Positions 28,354-37,944 of a stretch of DNA of 47,259 nucleotides are shown here, piece after piece. The stretch is taken from positions 1 to 47,259 of the forward strand of contig JBFGDZ010000002.1 of the NCBI GenBank assembly GCA_041580375.1, read 5' to 3'. Numbering within the stretch: position 1 is the first letter of the stretch; each line of letters starts with the position of its first letter. The translations under genes and the position numbers were made by a program. The notes under the pieces were generated by a model that was not told the DNA's origin, did not search any database, and saw only the letters and a list, made by a program, of their open reading frames with translations. The DNA comes from Candidatus Polarisedimenticolia bacterium. Lineage in GTDB: Bacteria > Acidobacteriota > Polarisedimenticolia > Gp22-AA2.

Positions 28354-30288
28354 ATGATGCCGATCCGCACGCCCGGAGGAACGAACGCGCCGGGACGATT
28401 CGCGGCGGCGCTCGCCTGCGCGGCGCTCCTCGCGGCCTGTCCGGGCGCCGGTCCGGAACGCCGGGACGCCCCGGCGCGGGTCGATTCCGCCGGAGCGGCG
28501 CACGACATCCATTCGTTCGGCCGGCCCGGGGACGTGCGGGTCACGCACGCCGACATCGACTGGACGATCGACTTCGACCGCCGCGAGATCGCGGGCAGCG
28601 TCACCTGGACGTTCGAGCGGGCGCCCGGAGGGGAGGGCGAGCCGCTCATCCTCGACACGAGAGGCCTCTCCGTCGAGGAGGTCACGGCGGAGGACGGCAC
28701 GGCGCTGGACCACGCCCTTGCGCACGAGCACCCGGCCCTGGGACGGGCCCTCGGGATCATGGCGCCGCCCGGGGAGAACAGGGTCGTCATCCGATACCGC
28801 ACGAGCCCCGGGGCCGGCGCGCTGCAGTGGCTGACTCCGGAGCAGACCGCGGGCGGCGGCAAGCCGTACCTGTTCTCCCAGGCCCAGTCGATCCTCGCGC
28901 GCACGATGCTGCCGTGCCAGGACTCGCCGGGCGTGCGCATCACGTATCGGGCCCGCGTCCGGGTTCCGCGGGGTCTCCGGGCGGTCATGGCGGCCCGCAT
29001 GGAGCCCGGCCCGGAGCCCTCCGGCGCGCTCGATTCGTACCTGTTCGAGATGCCGCAGCCGATCCCGTCCTACCTCATCGCCCTGGCCGTCGGCGACATC
29101 GTGTTCAAAGAGATCGGCCCCCGATCGGGCGTGTTCGCCGAGCCGTCCGTGATCGAGCGCGCGGCCTGGGAGTTCGCCGACACGGAGGCGATGATCGACG
29201 CGACGGAGACGATGTACGGGCCGTACCGCTGGGAGCGCTACGACATCCTCGTCCTGCCGCCGAGCTTCCCGTTCGGAGGCATGGAGAACCCCCGCCTGAC
29301 CTTCGCGACCCCGACTGTCCTGGCGGGCGATCGCTCGTTGACCGGCCTGATCGCCCACGAGCTCGCCCACTCCTGGTCCGGCAATCTCGTCACCAACGCC
29401 ACCTGGTCCGAATTCTGGATGAACGAGGGCTTCACCGTCTATCTCGAGCGCCGGATCCTCGAGGCCGTCTACGGCAAAAAGAGAGCCGACATGGTGTCGG
29501 TCCTCGGCTGGCAGAACCTCCTGATCGACATGAAGGAGATGGACGCGGGCGACACGGCGCTGCACAACGTCTCGCTTCAGGGCCGCGATCCGGACGATGC
29601 CTTCAGCCGCGTGCCCTACGAGAAGGGCTCCCTGTTCCTGCGGCTGCTCGAGGGCGAGGTGGGGCGCGAGCGTCTCGACGCGTTCCTGAGACGCTGGTTC
29701 GATGAGAACGCCTTTCAGAGCCGCACGACTCAGGAGTTCGAAGCGGCGCTCCGCGAGCGGCTCTTCGCGGGCGATCCCTCCCGGCCCGGTGCTCTGCGCG
29801 TCGATGAGTGGCTGTACGGAACGGGCCTGCCGGACAACGCGCCCGAGCCGGAGAGCGACGCCTTCGACCTCGCCGAGGCGGAGGCACGGGCGTTCCTCGC
29901 GGGTGAGAAACCGGCCTCCGCCCTGCCGGTGAAGGACTGGTCCACTCAGGAGTGGCAGCACTTCATCCGCTCTCTTCCCGACGATCTCGACTCCCGTCGC
30001 ATGGGCGCGCTCGACCAGGCCTGGTCCCTGAGCGAGAGCGGCAACGCCGAGATCCTGTTCGAGTGGCTCAAGAAGTCGATCCGGGCCGGATACGCGCCCG
30101 CGCTTCCCCCGCTGGAGAAGTTCCTCATCGAGCAGGGACGCCGCAAGTATCTCAAGCCGCTCTACACGGAGCTGGCGAAGACCGAGGCGGGCAGGCGCCG
30201 CGCGCTCGACATCTACCGGCGCGCCCGTTCCCTCTACCACCCGGTCTCCGCGAACACCATCGACCAGGTTCTCGATTACGGAGGGTAG
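28354..30288 (+). CDS. M1 family aminopeptidase (leukotriene A4 hydrolase-like), lipoprotein
   Basis: GGMEN, HELAHSW..NEG, PYEKG, LTA4H-type C-terminal domain (NAEILFEW, GRRKYLKPLY); LAAC lipobox. Confidence 0.95.
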   Translation: MMPIRTPGGTNAPGRFAAALACAALLAACPGAGPERRDAPARVDSAGAAHDIHSFGRPGDVRVTHADIDWTIDFDRREIAGSVTWTFERAPGGEGEPLILDTRGLSVEEVTAEDGTALDHALAHEHPALGRALGIMAPPGENRVVIRYRTSPGAGALQWLTPEQTAGGGKPYLFSQAQSILARTMLPCQDSPGVRITYRARVRVPRGLRAVMAARMEPGPEPSGALDSYLFEMPQPIPSYLIALAVGDIVFKEIGPRSGVFAEPSVIERAAWEFADTEAMIDATETMYGPYRWERYDILVLPPSFPFGGMENPRLTFATPTVLAGDRSLTGLIAHELAHSWSGNLVTNATWSEFWMNEGFTVYLERRILEAVYGKKRADMVSVLGWQNLLIDMKEMDAGDTALHNVSLQGRDPDDAFSRVPYEKGSLFLRLLEGEVGRERLDAFLRRWFDENAFQSRTTQEFEAALRERLFAGDPSRPGALRVDEWLYGTGLPDNAPEPESDAFDLAEAEARAFLAGEKPASALPVKDWSTQEWQHFIRSLPDDLDSRRMGALDQAWSLSESGNAEILFEWLKKSIRAGYAPALPPLEKFLIEQGRRKYLKPLYTELAKTEAGRRRALDIYRRARSLYHPVSANTIDQVLDYGG

Positions 30289-30400
30289 GGACCCGTCGTG
30301 CGGCAGCGCCGGGTGGAGCGCGCGGGGCACGGATTTCCGGCCGTGCGATGACCGGATCTGGTAATCTACGCAGACCGTTTCAAGGGAGGATCGTCATCCG

Positions 30401-31462
30401 ATGTCGAGCAAAAAACGGAGTCTCATCGGCTTCGCTCTCGTGAGCGCGCTTCTCCTGGGCGTGGCCTGCGGGGCCGCCTCTCAGGACGCCTCGAAGAAGA
30501 AGTCGGGCGGGAAGGAGGGGGCCGCCGGAGGCGGCGTCGCGGCCCGCGTCGGCGACAGAACCATCACGCTCGCCGAGGTGGACGAGAAGGCGATGACCGC
30601 CAACATCAACGCGTACCAGGCTCTGTACGACGCGCGCCGCGCCGCTCTGGATCAGATCATCTCCGACCTGCTGCTGGAGAGGGAGGCTGCGGAGAAGGGC
30701 GTCACCAAGGAGAAGCTCCTCGAGGAGGCGCTCAACACGGAGAGCCTGGCGGTGACCGACGCGGAAGTCGAGTCCTTCTTCAACGAGAACCAGGGCATGA
30801 TGGGGGGGCGGACCCTCGATCAGCTGCGGGGCCAGATCCATCAGTACCTGGCGAATCAGAAGGTCGGCGAGGCGCGGCAGGCTTTCTTCGACGTCCTCAA
30901 GAAAAAGGCCGGCGTGAAGATCGCGCTCGATCCGCCGCGCGCTCCGGTCCAGATCGCGGCGAACGACCCGGTGAAGGGTCCCGCGGACGCCCGGATCACG
31001 ATCGTCGAGTTCTCCGACTTCCAATGACCGTACTGCGCGAGGGTCGGTCCGACCCTCTCCAAGATCTTCGAGACCTACCCGAACCAGGTCCGGCTCGTCT
31101 ACCGCGACTACCCGCTGCCGAATCACAGCCAGGCGCTGCCCGCGGCCGAAGCGGCGCAGTGCGCCCACGCCCAGGGTAAGTTCTGGGAGTATCACGACGC
31201 GCTGTTCGAGAATCAGCGCTCCCTGACGGCGGAGAACTACCAGAAGTTCGCCGCCGACCTCGGTCTGGACACGAAGAAGTTCAAGTCCTGCATGGACTCC
31301 GCCACACACCGCGCCGGAGTCCAGGAGGATCACCGCCAGGGCGTGGAGGTCGGCGTCACCGGAACCCCCGCCTTCTTCATCAACGGCCGCTTCCTCTCCG
31401 GGGCCCAGCCGTTCGAGGCGTTCAAGGCGATCATCGACGAGGAGCTGACGCTCGAGCGCTAG
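30401..31462 (+). CDS. exported DsbA/thioredoxin-fold oxidoreductase with SurA-N-like domain; probable selenoprotein (TGA 31025-31027 = Sec, UPYC)
   Basis: The ORF track stops at ...IVEFSDFQ*, but the frame continues PYCARVGPTL...RDYPL..H..A..AAEAAQCA..QGKFWEYHDALF...GVTGTPAFFING..LSGAQPFEAFKAIIDEEL to TAG 31460-62 (353 aa). A SECIS-like hairpin follows the TGA. Confidence 0.88.
31039..31057 (+). promoter_or_regulatory. putative bacterial SECIS element
   Basis: GAGGGTC-GGTCC-GACCCTC perfect stem starting 11 nt after the in-frame TGA, with G/GU at the start of the apical loop. Confidence 0.75.
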
Positions 31463-31482
31463 ATCCGCGCGCGCCGCGCGGC

Positions 31483-32301
31483 TCAGCCGCGGCTTTTGCG
31501 GAGCACGTGCGTCAGCGAGGCGTCCGGCCGTCCTCCCCCGGTCATGTCCCAGCCACCGCCGACCGACAGCTGGGTGCCGCTGATGGCGGAGGATTCGCGC
31601 GACGCCAGGAACGCCACGGCACGTGCGATCTCGTCGGGCCGGACGAGCCGCCCGATCGGGGAGCGCGCCGTCATGACCCTCTTGTACAGGGCGCCGAGGT
31701 GGGCGTTGTCGGTGAGCCCCGGCCCGACCGCGTTCACCGTGATCCCTCTCCGGATCTCCTCCAGCGCGAGAGCCCGGGTGAGGGCCAGCAGCGCGAGCTT
31801 GGCGACGTGATAGGCGGCGGCGCCGGGCGCCGGGGCCTGAGTCTCGACCACGGACGCGGTGATGTTGACGATCCGGCCCCAGCGCTTCCTGCGCATCTCC
31901 GGAACGGCCTCGCGCGCGCACAGGAACGCGGCGTGCAGGTTGGAATCGACGATCCCCTTCCACTCCTCGAACCGCATCGACGCGATCGGCCCCTCGGCGT
32001 ACTCGCCGACGTTGTTGACCAGCACGGAAACGGGACCGAGCGCGCGGCGGACGGACGCGAACAGGCGACGCACCTGGTCCGGCCGCGTCACGTCGGCGCG
32101 CACGGCGATCGCCCGCCGACCGCGCCTCTTCACTTCGGCCAGCGTTCGTTCCGCTCCGCGCCGGTGGCCCCGGTAGGCGAACCCGACGTCGAACCCGGCG
32201 CCGGCCAGCGCGATCGAGACGGCGCGGCCGACGCCGCGTGAGCCGCCCGTGACGAGCGCGACGCGGACGGCCGCGCGGGACGGTGTTCTTCTTCTGGGCA
32301 T
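31483..32301 (-). CDS. short-chain dehydrogenase/reductase (FabG-like)
   Basis: TGGSRGVG, NNVG, YHVAK (YxxxK), VNAVGPG. Confidence 0.9.
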   Translation of the reverse strand: MPRRRTPSRAAVRVALVTGGSRGVGRAVSIALAGAGFDVGFAYRGHRRGAERTLAEVKRRGRRAIAVRADVTRPDQVRRLFASVRRALGPVSVLVNNVGEYAEGPIASMRFEEWKGIVDSNLHAAFLCAREAVPEMRRKRWGRIVNITASVVETQAPAPGAAAYHVAKLALLALTRALALEEIRRGITVNAVGPGLTDNAHLGALYKRVMTARSPIGRLVRPDEIARAVAFLASRESSAISGTQLSVGGGWDMTGGGRPDASLTHVLRKSRG

Positions 32302-32345
32302 GATGGCGCACCTCCCGATGGATGAGATCTCTTCTATTGTAGCGC

Positions 32346-33158
32346 GTGCGATCTTATGATGAGCCGGTGCCGGTCATCGACGACGGGTTCCGGACCTGGT
32401 GCGACGCGCTCGAGCGGCGGCATCTGGCCTCGCTGACGTTTCCGGAGGTTCGCCGCGGCCTGCAGGCGCTCTCGTCGCTGTATGTGGAACGCCGGGCGCG
32501 CCTGGATCGCGTCGGGGCGCTGGACGGCGCGGGCAAGCGGGCAGCCTTCGCGCTGTTCTTCGGCCCGCTGCACTACCTGATGGTGCGGACGGTCGTGCGC
32601 GGCCTGGGAAGCGGCGCGCGGCCTCCCCGCTCGATCATGGATCTCGGCTGCGGGACGGGCGCATCGGGCGCCGCCTGGGCGGGCGAGGTCCGGCGCGACT
32701 GCGCCGTGACCGGGATCGATCGAAAAGGATGGGCGGTCGAGGAGGCGCGCTGGAACTACCGCGCGCTCGGGATCCGCGGCCGGGCCGTCCGGGGCGATCT
32801 CATGAAGACCCCGCTCCCCGCGGGCAACAAGGGGATCCTGCTCGCGTACACTGCGAACGAGCTGGAGGAGGCGGCCCGGGACGACCTGCTCGAGCGGCTG
32901 ATCGGCGCCGCGCGCTCCGGCGCGCGCGTCCTGGTCGTGGAGCCGCTGGCGCGGAGCGCCGCGCCCTGGTGGAGCGGATGGGCCGATGCATTCAAATCGG
33001 ACGGCGGGCGGGTGGATCGCTGGCGCGTCGCCGTGAATCTCCCGGAGCGCCTCCGGCTGCTCGACCGCGCGGCGGGACTCGATCATCGCGAACTGACCGG
33101 ACGATCGCTGGCTCTGGGACGCTGGGGCGAGGGTCGTCGATCGCGGGACATGGAATGA
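32346..33158 (+). CDS. class I SAM-dependent methyltransferase (start may be GTG 32367)
   Basis: MDLGCGTG motif I, AYTANEL, VLVVEP. Confidence 0.8.
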   Translation: MRSYDEPVPVIDDGFRTWCDALERRHLASLTFPEVRRGLQALSSLYVERRARLDRVGALDGAGKRAAFALFFGPLHYLMVRTVVRGLGSGARPPRSIMDLGCGTGASGAAWAGEVRRDCAVTGIDRKGWAVEEARWNYRALGIRGRAVRGDLMKTPLPAGNKGILLAYTANELEEAARDDLLERLIGAARSGARVLVVEPLARSAAPWWSGWADAFKSDGGRVDRWRVAVNLPERLRLLDRAAGLDHRELTGRSLALGRWGEGRRSRDME

Positions 33159-33183
33159 AGCCGAACCACAGGAGGAGAGGACG

Positions 33184-33945
33184 ATGCGTCTGAAAGGCAA
33201 GGTCGCGCTGATCACGGGAGGCACGCTGGGCATGGGGCGGGCGACGGCGATCCTGTTCGCCCGGGAGGGGGCCGCGGTCGCCGTCACGGCGCGCAACGAG
33301 GGCCCCGGGCGCGAGGTCGTGAGCGCGATCGAGAAGGAGGGCGGCCGGGCGATCTTCGTCCGATCCGACGTGCGCGTCGCGGCGGACTGCCGGCGCGTTG
33401 TCGAGGCGACCATCGAGGCGTTCGGCCGGATCGATATCCTGTTCAACAACGCCGGGGTCTGGTTCCCGAACACGGTCCCGGACTGCAGCGAGGAGGAGTG
33501 GGACCTGACCATCGACGTGAATCTGAAGGGCACCTTCCTGATGTCCAAGTACGCGCTGCCCGGGATGATCGCGCGCGGCAACGGGGTGATCATCAACAAC
33601 GGATCGGGGTGGGGGCTCGTCGGCGGAAACGAGGCGGCCTCCTACTGCGCGTCGAAGGGGGGCGTCGTCCTGCTCACGAAGGCGATGGCGGTCGACCACG
33701 GCCGGCAAGGGATCCGCGTCAACTGCATCTGCCCGGGCGACGTGGACACGCCGATGCTCCGCGGCGACGCCGTCCAGCGCGGACAGACCTGGGACGAGTA
33801 CATGAAGACCGCGACGAGCCGTCCGATCGCCCGCATCGGCCAGCCCGAGGAGATCGCGCGGGCGGCGCTGTTCCTGGCTTCGGACGACTCCTCGTACGTC
33901 ACCGGCGCGGTCCTGGCCGTCGACGGCGGCGGCACGGCGGACTGA
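33184..33945 (+). CDS. short-chain dehydrogenase/reductase
   Basis: TGGTLGMG, NNAG, YCASK, VNCICPG, VDGG; AGGAG SD. Confidence 0.93.
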   Translation: MRLKGKVALITGGTLGMGRATAILFAREGAAVAVTARNEGPGREVVSAIEKEGGRAIFVRSDVRVAADCRRVVEATIEAFGRIDILFNNAGVWFPNTVPDCSEEEWDLTIDVNLKGTFLMSKYALPGMIARGNGVIINNGSGWGLVGGNEAASYCASKGGVVLLTKAMAVDHGRQGIRVNCICPGDVDTPMLRGDAVQRGQTWDEYMKTATSRPIARIGQPEEIARAALFLASDDSSYVTGAVLAVDGGGTAD

Positions 33946-34028
33946 TCGAGGCGGGCTCCTCGATTGACGCGCGGCTCCCCCCTCCGCTACAGTCCCGCCC
34001 ATCGACTTCGAGGGAAGGAGGACGATCC

Positions 34029-36935
34029 GTGAGAGGACCCGCGGCGCTGTTCGTTTGCGCGGCGAGCTTCACCGTGGCGCTCGCCGCGACACCCGATCCC
34101 TACGCTCCCGACGTGCCCGAGCCCGGCTCGGTGGAGGCGATCCGGGAGGCGACCACCGAGGATCGGTTCCTGAACCCCTGGGTGGCGTACGTACCGGATT
34201 CCGCGAACGTGCCCTCGCCGACCGACTATCTGGGCCACATCGCCGGCGCGCCGGGCGAGCTGAGCCGCACGACGCAGATCTACGGATACATGCGCGCGCT
34301 GGCGGAGGCCTCGCCGCGGGTGCGGGTGGAGACGGTCGGCGAGACGGAGGAGGGGCGCGAGATCATGATCGTCATCGTCTCGGACGATGGCACGATCGCT
34401 GATCTCGATCGCTATCGCGGCGCCACGGCGTCGCTGTCCGATCCGCGGGGATGCGACGAGTCGTGCCTGGAGAACACGCTCGGGTGGGCGAAGCCGATCT
34501 ATTTCCTCAACGGGGGCCTGCACTCGACCGAGACCGGAAGCCCGGAGATGCTGATGGAGCTGGCCTACCGGCTGGCGGTCTCGGAGCGCAGCGAGATCCG
34601 GCAGATCCGCGAGCGGGTCATCGTCCTGATGAATCCCGTGTCCGAGCCGGACGGGCGCGATCGCACGGTCGACTGGTACTACCGCTACCTCAAGGGGAAG
34701 ACCGACTACGATCACCGGCCGCGCCGCTCTCCCCCCTACTGGGGCAAGTACGTCTTCCACGACAACAACCGCGACAGCCACCAGCGTGCCCTGGCGCTCA
34801 CGCGCGCGGACCAGGACGCGTTTCACCGGTGGCATCCTCAGGTCGTGCACGACCTGCACGAGTCGATCCCGCTGCTCTGCATCTGGACGGGAACGGGGCC
34901 TTACAACAAGTACATGGACCCGATCCTGGTCGGCGAGTGGCACCAGATGGCGTTCCACGAGGTGCGCGCGATGTCGTCGCTCGGCATGCCGGGCGTCTGG
35001 ACGTGGGCCTTCGGCGAGGGCTGGGGCCACATGTTTCTCGACTCGTGGGCCGTGAACCACAACGCCATCGGGCGCGGCTACGAGACGTTCGGGATCACGA
35101 GCGCGGACACGATGGACGTGCGGCTCGATCTGCGCTGGCAGGAGTACGCCGGCCAGCCGGTCACCCGGCGCACCTGGTACCGGCCCTGGCCGCCGCCGCG
35201 CACCTTCCGGTGGTCGCTGCGCAACAACACGAACTACATGCAGACCGGCGTGCTGTCGATCCTGCAGTACACGGCGCTGCACCATCGCGACATGCTGCGC
35301 GACTTCTGGCGCAAGGGGAAACGGGCCGTCGAGCGCGGCGCCGCGGAGCCCCCGTACGCGTTCGTCATCCCCGAGGCGCAGGACGATCGGCGCCGCATGG
35401 CGAGGCTCGTCAACCTGCTCGGAGAGCACGGCATCGAGGTGTCGCGCGCGACGAAGCCGTTCGATGTGGACGGGCGGAAGCTCCCGCGCGGGACCTACGT
35501 CGTCCGGATGGATCAGCCGTACCGGGGTTACGCGTGGGATCTGCTCGAGGCCCAGGACTACCCGGCCGACGAGGCTCCGTACAGCCCGTACGACGACGTC
35601 ACGTGGGCGCTGCCGGTCGCGTTCGGCGTCGAGGTCCTGCGGGCGGACGACCCGGCCGTGCGCGCCGTTCCGGTGGAACCGGTGAAGTCCCCTGTCGCCT
35701 ACGAGGGGACGGTCTCGGGACGCGGGCCGATCTACCTCCTGCGCGACACGGGCCAGGAGGCGCTGCACGCCGCGCGCCACCGGCTGTCGCGATACGAGGT
35801 CGCGGCGGCGGAGAAGCCGTTCGATCATGGGGGGGTGACCTACCCGGCCGGCTCCTGGATCGTGAGCGGCGGAGAGGGTCTGCGGGAAGCCCTCGCGTCC
35901 GTCGCGAAGGAGCTGTCGCTCGATTTCGCGTCGGCGTCGAAGCGGCCGTCCGTCCCGGCCCACCCGATCGATCCACCGCGCCTGGCTCTCTTCCATACCT
36001 GGCGCGACACCGAGAGCGCGGGGTGGGTGCGCATGCTGTTCGACCAGGAGGGCATCCCGTACGACTACATCCTGGACGATCAGGTCAAGCGCGGCGGGCT
36101 CGAGAAACGCTACGACGTCATCCTCTACCCGCACACCTACGAATCGCTGAAGAGCGTCATCCAGGGCATCGACACGCGCTTCGGTCCGATGCCGTACACG
36201 AAGACACCGGAGTTCCCGAGCCACGGAACGCCGGCCTCCTCGCCCGACATCACGGGCGGCCTCGGCTACCGCGGCCTGGAGAATCTCCGCGCGTTCGTCG
36301 AGCGCGGCGGCGTCCTAATCGCGCTGGGCGGGGCGAGCACGGTGCCCCTCGACGGAGGCTTCGTGCGCGACGTGCGGAGCGCCAGCACCTCGAAACTCTA
36401 CACGCCGGGCACCGAGATCCGCGCCCGGTTCGCGAAGCCCGATCACCCGCTCGCCTACGGCTATCCGGAGATCACCTCCGTCTTCCGCGGGGGCGAGCCG
36501 CTGTACGAAGTCGGCGAGGCGGATCAGCACCTGGTCGTGATGCGCTGGGGCACGGAGCCGCCCCGCTGGGACGACCCGCGCGCCGAGAAGGACGGTCCCT
36601 GGCGGAGCCTCGACGCGGAGGGGGACGGGATCGACGACGAGAGCGGCGACGACGAGAAGGGAGGCGCGCCGGACAAGGGCGATGCGGAGGAGCCGTCCGT
36701 GACGGACGATGAAGAGGAGGACGCGCTCGTCGTCTCCGGCGGCATGACCGGGGAGAGCGAGATCCAGGGGAAGCCGGCGATCTTCGACATCCCGGTCGGC
36801 GAGGGCCGGATCGTCGCCTTCAACTTCGACCCGATCCACCGGCTCATGAGCCGGTCCGATTTCCGCCTGGTCTGGAACGCGCTGCTGAACTGGAACGACC
36901 TGCCCCCCGTCCGGGTCGAAGGCTCCGATCGGTGA
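34029..36935 (+). CDS. M14 family zinc carboxypeptidase with C-terminal GATase-like domain, secreted
   Basis: GTG 34029 with AGGAGG SD; signal peptide; HSTE (HxxE), PDG, DNNRD, DLHE; acidic insert near the C-terminus. Confidence 0.88.
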   Translation: MRGPAALFVCAASFTVALAATPDPYAPDVPEPGSVEAIREATTEDRFLNPWVAYVPDSANVPSPTDYLGHIAGAPGELSRTTQIYGYMRALAEASPRVRVETVGETEEGREIMIVIVSDDGTIADLDRYRGATASLSDPRGCDESCLENTLGWAKPIYFLNGGLHSTETGSPEMLMELAYRLAVSERSEIRQIRERVIVLMNPVSEPDGRDRTVDWYYRYLKGKTDYDHRPRRSPPYWGKYVFHDNNRDSHQRALALTRADQDAFHRWHPQVVHDLHESIPLLCIWTGTGPYNKYMDPILVGEWHQMAFHEVRAMSSLGMPGVWTWAFGEGWGHMFLDSWAVNHNAIGRGYETFGITSADTMDVRLDLRWQEYAGQPVTRRTWYRPWPPPRTFRWSLRNNTNYMQTGVLSILQYTALHHRDMLRDFWRKGKRAVERGAAEPPYAFVIPEAQDDRRRMARLVNLLGEHGIEVSRATKPFDVDGRKLPRGTYVVRMDQPYRGYAWDLLEAQDYPADEAPYSPYDDVTWALPVAFGVEVLRADDPAVRAVPVEPVKSPVAYEGTVSGRGPIYLLRDTGQEALHAARHRLSRYEVAAAEKPFDHGGVTYPAGSWIVSGGEGLREALASVAKELSLDFASASKRPSVPAHPIDPPRLALFHTWRDTESAGWVRMLFDQEGIPYDYILDDQVKRGGLEKRYDVILYPHTYESLKSVIQGIDTRFGPMPYTKTPEFPSHGTPASSPDITGGLGYRGLENLRAFVERGGVLIALGGASTVPLDGGFVRDVRSASTSKLYTPGTEIRARFAKPDHPLAYGYPEITSVFRGGEPLYEVGEADQHLVVMRWGTEPPRWDDPRAEKDGPWRSLDAEGDGIDDESGDDEKGGAPDKGDAEEPSVTDDEEEDALVVSGGMTGESEIQGKPAIFDIPVGEGRIVAFNFDPIHRLMSRSDFRLVWNALLNWNDLPPVRVEGSDR

Positions 36936-36957
36936 CGGGGAGTCCGGAGGAGGCGCC

Positions 36958-37944
36958 ATGACGGAACCGGGGATCGATGCGGCCGCGATGGAGTTCAAGG
37001 ATCGGACGACCGGTCTGATCCTGTTCGGCGTCGTCGGGATCCTGATCGGCGCCTTCAAGCTGATGTCGTTCGCCGTGATGCTGCTCGTGGTGGGCGTCGC
37101 CGGAGGAGCGGAGGACGCGCCCGGTCCCGAATTCGCGTCGCGCGCCGCGCCGCTCAGTTTGGGCTACCAGGCCGCGGAGGCGATCGCCTGGATCTGGCTC
37201 GGCATCGGGTCGATCCGGATCCGCCGCTGGGCGCGCGCGCTGCTGCTCATCTACTCGTGGTTTTGGCTGCTGACGGGTGCAACCGGTTTGGTGGCTATCA
37301 TCGTGCTGCTACCGCGCATGATGCAGCGCATGCCCTCGACGACGACGAGCGAGCCGGCGATCACGGCGGCCGTCATGGCCGTCATGTCGGTGTTGATGGG
37401 ACTCTTCATGGTCGTGCTTCCGGCGATCTTCATCCTCTTTTACGGGAGCCGCCACGTGAAGGCGACGTGCGAGTGGCGCGATCCGACGCCGCGATGGACC
37501 GATCGCTGCCCGCTGCCGGTCCTGGCGATGAGCCTCTGGTATCTGTTCGGCGCCGTGGCGATGCCGACCGGGCCGGCCCTGCTGGGCGTATTTCCCCTGT
37601 TCGGCGTCTTTCTCGAAGGCGTGCCGGCGATCGCCGCGGTGTTCGCCATGATGGGACTGTGGGCCTGGCAGGCCTGGGGGCTCTACAGGCTCGATCGGAT
37701 GGCCTGGCGCATCTCGCTCGCGACCACCATCGTCTTCGGGCTCTCCGCCATCGCCACCTTCGCCCGGAGCGACCTCCTCGACCTCTACTCCAGGATGAAC
37801 CTGTCCGAGCAACAGCTGGACATGATGCGGTCGACGGGGCTGCTCGAAGGTCAGGCCCTGACGGCACTGATCGCCGCCTCGATCGCCGTCTGGGTCGGGG
37901 GTCTGTTCTGGATCCGCCGCTACTTTTCCGATCCCGTTGCTTAG
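36958..37944 (+). CDS. hypothetical multi-pass membrane protein
   Basis: About 8 hydrophobic segments; GGAGG SD. Confidence 0.75.
   Translation: MTEPGIDAAAMEFKDRTTGLILFGVVGILIGAFKLMSFAVMLLVVGVAGGAEDAPGPEFASRAAPLSLGYQAAEAIAWIWLGIGSIRIRRWARALLLIYSWFWLLTGATGLVAIIVLLPRMMQRMPSTTTSEPAITAAVMAVMSVLMGLFMVVLPAIFILFYGSRHVKATCEWRDPTPRWTDRCPLPVLAMSLWYLFGAVAMPTGPALLGVFPLFGVFLEGVPAIAAVFAMMGLWAWQAWGLYRLDRMAWRISLATTIVFGLSAIATFARSDLLDLYSRMNLSEQQLDMMRSTGLLEGQALTALIAASIAVWVGGLFWIRRYFSDPVA

Noticed and set aside
30401-31462. DsbA-like gene as a nonsense pseudogene, or genome-wide UGA reassignment
   Set aside because: The TGA sits exactly at the catalytic Cys position, followed by a correctly spaced hairpin and an intact downstream frame. 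Many other genes here end normally at TGA, including ATGA overlaps.
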